64,000 bases of DNA from Eledone cirrhosa (lineage: Eukaryota), in NCBI GenBank assembly GCA_964016885.1, contig OZ024752.1, positions 9,548,001-9,612,000 of the forward strand. Reading direction: 5' to 3'. Below, piece after piece: positions 53,715 through 64,000 of this stretch. The notes under the pieces are model-generated. The model saw nothing but the letters and a program-made list of their open reading frames with translations, did not search any database and was not told the origin of the DNA. The position numbers and the translations under genes are program-made. Numbering within the stretch: position 1 is the stretch's first letter; each line of letters begins with the position of its first letter.

Positions 53715-54022
53715 AGAGAGAGAGAGAGAGATAAAGAGAGAAAGAGAGAGAGAGAGAAAGAAAGAGAGAGAACGAGAAAGAACGAGAAAGAACGAGAACG
53801 AACGAGAACGAGAAAGAACGAGAACGAGAAAGAACGAGAACGAGAAAGAACGAGAACGAGAAAGAACGAGAACGAGAAAGAATGAGAACAAGAAAGAGAA
53901 AAAGTGAGACAACAAGAAAAAGCGAGAACGAGAAACAGAAAAAGAGAGACAACGAGAAAAAGAAAGAGAGAGAACGAGAAAGAGAGAGAACGAGAAAAAG
54001 AGAGAGAACGAGAAAAAGAGAA
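53715..54022. repeat. (GA)n / (GAACGA)n purine-rich repeat
   Basis: Direct reading. Confidence 0.9.
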
Positions 54023-54186
54023 ACCCAGTTTCTAACAGAACCAAGACTCATTGCAATTTAGACCTCAACTAGATTATTACGTCTCTACATTTGTATGTGT
54101 ACATCTCTTCTTATATGGTTGTTATTTTATGTAAGGATATGTCTGTTTTGCGTTATATGTATACACGTGCTTATGGTTCTACATCT

Positions 54187-54236
<50 letters not shown>

Positions 54237-55579
54237 GTAATACATATATATATACTGGCGTACAGCGAAAAAACGAATTCTAATTTTCGACAAAGCCAGC
54301 CGTAAAATCGCTCGGTATGCAAATTAGATAATCAGCCTATGTATACCTAAGAGAATACTAATCCGTCATGTCTTTCTCGCTTTACGAAGCACAATTAACA
54401 TTTCTATGAATAAGTATATTTTCCTTTTCCGTGTGTACACACCTACGTAGTTCCCTGTCTGTCTTTCTTTAACGCTGTACATCTCAAACTTTGAAATTAA
54501 ATTTGACAAGACTTTCAGTTTAACAAGGTGACGAATTTATTTAAGTGTCAGCTAGGGTCTAAGCTAAATAACCATATTTAACAGGCAGGATTTATTAATG
54601 TTTTTTTTTCTGGTGTGTCATTTGTACATTCAAAGCACTATTTGAAATCATAAGACCGTCACCGCAGCGACCTGTGGCCAGCAAACACGATCTCTAGTGT
54701 GTTGTATAGTAACAAACTTCCTTTCATCATAGAAATATAATAGAACTACTAACACGGTTCAATGCATCATTTTACATAGGTAAAAGCTATATTTGAAGTT
54801 ATAGTAAACATCTTATGTTGCCGCAAGCATAAAATATTTTATTTAGGACATTACTCGACTTAGTTTTATGACAGTAATTCTTCTTCGCTTAAAGGCTGGA
54901 TAACACTCTCATAACAATTTTATGATTTCAGAAAGTTGAAGAGTGTCATTGTTTTTCGAAACTTTATAGCCGTTTCAGGATCTACAGCTTGAGGAAAATC
55001 ATATATTTTCTGAAATATTTTAAGCATGATACGTTTATTACTGTCATTGACATTGTTATGGAAGTATATGGCAAGCGAATGCGAAAACGATATTTCTAAA
55101 TTTTCTAAAGAAGCTGATACCGATATCTTTGAAAATGCTCTGAAGAATATACTTTCAAATTTACATCTATAACTAGCGCAGTAACCAATAATCGTCTGAC
55201 ATATTTTTCGTTTTTGTTGTCGTCTGCATATTTAATGAACCTCTACAATCTCATGTTTCACACGAACTATTTTATAATTCTGTAACTATATACCTACCAA
55301 TGTATGTCTATACGATTATAAACATTTGAATAGTTGCGCATAAATAAATAGATTTTTACTTGATAGAGTAGAATTTTAAAGAGGCTACAAGTTTCTTTTG
55401 AAACTTATTCTGCATCGGTTTCCGTGGGGAAGAAGGGGAGAGGATTGAGCTTGAGATTTAATAGGAAATAACTAACATGATGAAATGAAGCAAATAGTCC
55501 ATGTCATCTAACATGAATTACTAAATCTTGTGATAATTTCATGCCATTCCTCTCTAGAATGTTTACTGACATATCAAAG

Positions 55580-57184
<1,605 letters not shown>

Positions 57185-57185
<1 letters not shown>

Positions 57186-58722
57186 ACTTTGAATAACTTT
57201 GAAATGTTTTGGCCAGTATTGGCCCAGGCCATGTCTAACTTAATAGCACCACCTGGCGAAGTCTTTCAATTCAGGATTTGGGCACCATGGCCCATTCGAC
57301 AAGAGAATTACTGTTTGCGGAGACATATCCGGGTGTGGGTGGTTTGTCCGGGATTACTTGGAGGAATTTGTCCAAAGACTTCTTGAATTTTGTGTGGTCA
57401 GTTTCTGTTTTGACGTGTCCTGGTGTGATGTTGAAGAGAGCAGGGCCGATTGAGGTGAAATAATTGTGCCGTATTGTTGTTATGAGTTGCGATTTAGATT
57501 TTTGAATGGGACGGATAGCACGGGGCCCAAGCCTTGGGTGTATCTTGAAGGCGATGCCAACATCATTTGGGCAGTGATGATGGAACATTTTCCACATCAT
57601 GCAGATAATATAACGCTCACAGCGACGTTGGAGTGAGTAAAGTTTCAGGTTTTCTAATCGACCCCAGTAGTCAAGGTCTGACATGCCATCTATCTTTTTC
57701 GTGATTGCCCTTTGAGGAGCTTCAAGTTTCATGATACTTTGTTTCGTGTGGGGAGACCACAGTGGACAACAGTATTCAAGGTGTGGTCGGGCAAAAGTAG
57801 AGAAGAGAAGGATAATGGTGCGGGAATCTCTCGACTGGAAGGTTCTGAGGATCCAGGAACACATTCTGCGGGCCATGTCAACTTTGCTGCTTATATGCGT
57901 GGTCCAGCTTATGTTGCTGTCCACGGTTACTCCCAAGTCTCTGATGTTGTTAGATGCCACGAGAGTTTCCCGGAGGGTAGGGAGTACGGGAGTTTGAGAG
58001 CATCCTCTTTTCCAAAGTGGATCAGTTCGAATTTGTCTTCGTTCAGTAACATGTTGTTCTTTTCCGCCCATTGGGTAACAGCCAGTAGGTCTGACTGAAG
58101 GCTTATCCGGTCATCCACGCCATTGATGACCTTTTGGAGCTTGGAATCATCAGCGAAAATTTTAATGTTGCTGTGTTTGATGATGTCAGTGATGTCATTA
58201 ATATAGATGATGAAGAGAAGTGGGCCCAACACAGTGCCTTGTGGGACCCCACTACTGACTTTGGCTGGGCTGGATTTGACTCCCTCAACTACAACATGTT
58301 GGGTTCTGTTTGACAGGAAGCTCTTGATCCACTGCAGCAGCTTTCCAGTGACACCAATATTGGACAGCTTTCTCAGTAGAATGTTATGATCAACCCTGTC
58401 AAAGGCCTTGCTGAAATCAAGGTAGATAACATCAGTGTTGGAACCCTCTCCCAAGGCTCTCAAAATGTCATCAAAGTGATGCAGTAGCTGCGTCGGGCAA
58501 TCCCTTCCATTACGGAATCCATGCTGGTTGGAGTTCAGCATATTGTTACTCTCAAGGAAGTGGGTCATTCACGATCTCAACACTCTCTCAAATACCTTAA
58601 TGATATGAGAGGTGAGTGAGATTGGACGGTAATTCACGGCAAGGGATTTGTTTCCCTTTTTGAAAACTGGGACAACAGACTGGGATAGAAGGTTTTCTGG
58701 CACATATCCAGCATCCAGTGAT
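57185..58722 (-). mobile_element. CR1/L2-group LINE, 5'-truncated, RT domain to 3' tail, with few disablements
   Basis: VVPVFKKG.K....[97 protein letters not shown]; tail (ttcaaagtta)2. Confidence 0.93.
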
Positions 58723-58756
58723 ATACGTACATATATATATATACATATACATACAT

Positions 58757-58790
<34 letters not shown>

Positions 58791-58812
58791 ATATATATAT
58801 ACATATACATAC

Positions 58813-58863
<51 letters not shown>

Positions 58864-59773
58864 CATATACATACATATATATATATATACATATACATAC
58901 ATATATACATATACATACATATATATATATATACATATACATACATACATATATATACATACATACATACATACATATATATACATATATCTATATACAT
59001 ATACATACATATATATATATACATATACATACATATATATATATACATATACATACATATATATATATACATATACATACATATATATATATACATATAC
59101 ATACATATATATATATACATATACATACATATATATATATACATATACATACATATATATATATACATATACATACATATATATATATACATATACATAC
59201 ATATATATATATACATATACATACATATATATATATACATATACATACATATATATATATACATATACATACATATACATACATATATATATATATATAC
59301 ATACATATATATATATACATATACATACATATATATATATACATATACATACATACATATACATACATATATATATATACATATACATACATATATATAT
59401 ATACATATACATACATATATATATATATATACATACATATATATATATATACACATACATATATATATATATATACATACATATATATATATACATATAC
59501 ATACATATATATATATACATACATAAATATATATACATATACATACATATATATATATACATATACATACATATATATACATACATACATATATATATAC
59601 ATATACATACATACATACATATACATATATACATACATACATATACATACATACATATATATATATATACATGCATATATATATATATACATACATATAT
59701 ATATATATACATACATATATATATATATATACATACATATATATATATACATACATATATATATATACATACA

Positions 59774-59814
<41 letters not shown>

Positions 59815-60053
59815 ATACATACCTATACATACATACATACATATATATACATACATACATATATACACATACATACATATATATATATATACATACATAT
59901 ATACACATACATACATATATACACATACATACATGTATATATATATACATACATATATTTAGATATACATACATACATACATACACACATAGATACATAT
60001 ATACACATACATACATATATACACATACATACATATATATACATACATACATA

Positions 60054-60084
<31 letters not shown>

Positions 60085-61018
60085 ACAAATACATATATAT
60101 ATACACATACATATATATATATATACATACATATATATATACACATACATATATATATACACATACATATATATATACACATACATATATATACATATAG
60201 AAACACATACATACATATACATACATATATCTACACATACATACATATATATACATATATATACACATACATACATATATATACATATATATACACATAC
60301 ATACATATATATACATATATATACATATATATATACATAAATACATATATATATACATACATACATATATATACATATATATACACATACATACATATAT
60401 ATACACATACATACATATATATACACATACATACATATATATACATATATATACATATATATACATATATATACACATACATATATATGCATATATACAT
60501 ATATATATATATGCATATATACATATATATATATATACACGTATATATATATATACACATATATATATATATACATATATATACATATGTATACATATAT
60601 ATACACATATATACATATATATATACATATAAACACATATGTACACATATATACACATATATACATATATATACATACATACATATATATGCTTATATAC
60701 ATATATATGCATATATACATATATATACATATATATACATATATACACATATATACATATATACACATATATACATATATATACATATATACACATATAT
60801 ACATATATATACATATATACATATATATACATATATACATATATATACATATATACACATATATACATACATACATATATATACATATATATACATACAT
60901 ACATACATATATACATACATACATACATATATATATACATACATACATATATATACATACATACATATATATACATACATACATATATATACATACATAC
61001 ATACATATATATACATAC

Positions 61019-61051
<33 letters not shown>

Positions 61052-61100
61052 CATATATACATATATACATATATACATATATATATACATATATACATAC

Positions 61101-61131
<31 letters not shown>

Positions 61132-61457
61132 TACATACATACACATATATACATACATACATATATATATATATACATATACATACATACATACATATAT
61201 ATATACATACATACACATATATACATACATACATATATATATATACATATACATACATACATATATATACATACATACATACATATATATATATATACAT
61301 ACATACATATATATATACATATATATATACATATATATATACATATATACATATACATACATACATACATACATATACATACATATATACATATACATAC
61401 ATACATACATACATATATGTATATATACATATATATATACATATACATACATACATA
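58722..61457. repeat. ~2.7-kb (TA/TACA/CATA)n compound microsatellite
   Basis: Direct reading. Confidence 0.95.
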
Positions 61458-62744
61458 CAGGAGGGCACAGTCGTCAGCAAAAATGTCCTCCAGGACGATG
61501 CTCTGTACGGTCCTTGGCTTGGCCGCCAGGCGCCGTAGGTGAAGCAGGGAGCCTTCCAGTCTGTATCGCAGATGTACTCCGTGCTCGAGGTCCCTGACGG
61601 CATGATTGAGCACGCAAGTGAAGAACAGGTTGAAGAGGACGGGAGCCAGCACGCATCCTTGCTTGACGCCGTTGGTGATTCCGAACGGCTCCGATCCCTC
61701 TCCGCCCGAGTCACCTGCCCGGTCATGTCGTCATGGAATTGCCGTATCAGCCTGAGGCTGCCGACTACGGGCTTCTGTGGGACCTCGTCGAGGGCGGCAG
61801 GGTCGACAGTGGAGGGCCTGTTGAGCAAGTTGCTGAAGTGCCCTCTCTACCTCGAGTTGATGCTGCTCTTCTCCTTCAGCAGGATCGAGCCGTCAGCAGA
61901 CAGTAGCGGTGTGGTGACAGGCTTGGTGGGTCCGTAGACCACCCCGATGGCGCTGAAGAACATCTTGGATTTCTTTGTGTCAGCGTATCTCTCGACATCT
62001 TTGGCCTTCTTTTCCCACCACTTGTCCTGCATAGCGCTGCTTGGGTCTGCCTCTGGAGGTGATTGAAGCGGTCGCTCTTCGAGGTGGAGGAACTGTCATT
62101 CTGCAACTCAATGAAAGCCCTCCACTTCTCGTCCATGAGTTGTCTGATTCGCTCATCGTTTTCATCAAACCAGTCCTGGTGGACTCTCTTCCTCGGTCCG
62201 ATGGTTGCCTTGGCTGACACTGTCACCAACGACCTGAACTGGTTCCACTGTTGAGTTGGGGGTCCGGTCAGTGGTTCATGGGCAGTCAGCCGGCCGTCTA
62301 GGTATTCCGCGAACGCATCACGATGCTCTGGCTGCTTGAGTCGCGCGACGTCGAAAGCTGGCCTACAGGCTTTCGGAGTATACGATGTGTCGGTCCAACA
62401 CTCTGCACCACACATGGCCCTGGTGATTCTGACGTCACGGATGTCCCTCTTGCGGCATATGGCAAAGTCAATCAGATTCCACTGTTTGGATCTGGAGTGC
62501 ATCCATGTCGTCTTGAACATGTTTGCCTGGCGGAACAGTGTGCTGGTGATGGTGAGGTCGTCCTCGGCGCAGAAACTCAACAGTATGAGGCCGTTAGAGT
62601 TCAGCTTCCCTGTACCGTGAGGTCCCAGCACGCCTCTCCGGTTGCTGCTGTCAGACCCGACTCTTGCGTTGAAGTCCCCATTAGGATGAGTTTATGTATT
62701 GGAGGGACACCCTTCACGAGTGCGTAGAGTTCCCCGTAGAAAGC
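61457..62744 (-). mobile_element. RTE/BovB-like LINE fragment (AP endonuclease C-terminus, linker, part of RT) with internal deletions
   Basis: [118 protein letters not shown]. Confidence 0.92.
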
Positions 62745-62944
62745 NNNNNNNNNNNNNNNNNNNNNNNNNNNNNNNNNNNNNNNNNNNNNNNNNNNNNNNN
62801 NNNNNNNNNNNNNNNNNNNNNNNNNNNNNNNNNNNNNNNNNNNNNNNNNNNNNNNNNNNNNNNNNNNNNNNNNNNNNNNNNNNNNNNNNNNNNNNNNNNN
62901 NNNNNNNNNNNNNNNNNNNNNNNNNNNNNNNNNNNNNNNNNNNN
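62745..62944. other. Assembly gap (200 N)
   Basis: Direct reading. Confidence 1.
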
Positions 62945-64000
62945 CATCTATATATATATATAATTTACAACTACATTATTCGATATACACATATATAAAC
63001 TATATATACATAGAATTATGTTTAAATATTTATAATATTTCCATGTGTGGCTTTGTGCATCTGTTTAACTTGTATCTATTATATATTCTGTTTGTGTATT
63101 TGCATTGTATCAGAGAGAATATTACACGACATGTATTTAACCTATCATCGACTAAAGAGATATTTAACCATTTTGTTCCAGAGCACAATAGATGTCTAGT
63201 TAATGGTATTTGAATAGTAACCTAAAATTTTCCAGAATTAATGTGTTCTTTACGAGAAATGATACAGCTAAAAGTTGAACACAAAATATGCATAATTTTA
63301 TGACGGTCGTGTTTAGTTTTTCAATCATTTAACAAAGTCTATTGCCAAGATGGCATATCAGCTGAGAATCTAATATTTCACAGCAAATCATTATTTTCTT
63401 TGAGGAAAATGAAAAGTTGCGACTCTAGTTATAAACAACCATGTTTATTATTCAACCAAGGATCCTCTATTTGATCGCTAGACCTGCCATATATAGAAAG
63501 CAAATCTATTTGAAATTTCACGCTATCATATATATTGCATATATTTATAAAATGGTGGCATAATACCATATTGTCTCTGATGATGTCTCGGCTTGATTAG
63601 TTCAGGCCAACTACTGATAAATTATTTTAAAATGATTTGTTGATACGACGATACTAGTTTATTTACGCTCAAAGTTGTTTTATTTATGAATATATTTCTT
63701 TTCGTCTTAAAGCATTCCCATCAAGTTGGATCTTATATCATTAAATACATGAATGAGATATTGTTTTCCTTGGAATACTAGCCATTCACAGTTTCGCTAA
63801 TGAAGATACTAACTACTGCGACAATCAAAAAAGCACTCTATTAGTTTAAAGGGCAGTGAAATAGATAATATTTTGTAGATAAGAAGCATATACATTACAC
63901 AGAGATAAATAGATACCCGGAGCGCGAATTACAACAATCAATGTTTTCATTGATTTATTATATTATTGATCTAGTCGAGCACCATTTATTTCATCTATTT

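Overview
AT-rich, repeat-saturated animal genomic DNA. No host protein-coding exon can be supported; almost all long ORFs in the track are microsatellite artefacts. The SINE families resemble those described from octopus, so a cephalopod origin is inferred but not proven. Contents: one near-complete decayed Penelope-like retroelement (RT + GIY-YIG, inverted pseudo-LTR, hammerhead ribozyme, inserted in (TA)n); fragments of RTE, CR1-like, R4/Dong-like, CRE-like and Tx1-like LINEs; about 24 copies of one tRNA-derived SINE with a strong strand bias; CORE-type SINEs; Helitron, Tc1/mariner and hAT-like MITEs; two satellites; very long (TA/CA) microsatellites; one 200-N gap. The most notable signal is a set of unrelated short, ORF-less, hammerhead-bearing elements in or next to (TA)n. 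These include a 322-bp terminally redundant mini-element with the same inverted-pLTR architecture as the large Penelope, two families with a compensatory U3-A8 hammerhead core, and fold-back insertions, one of which has its symmetry axis at the predicted hammerhead stem II. All structures were read by eye and coordinates of degenerate elements are approximate.
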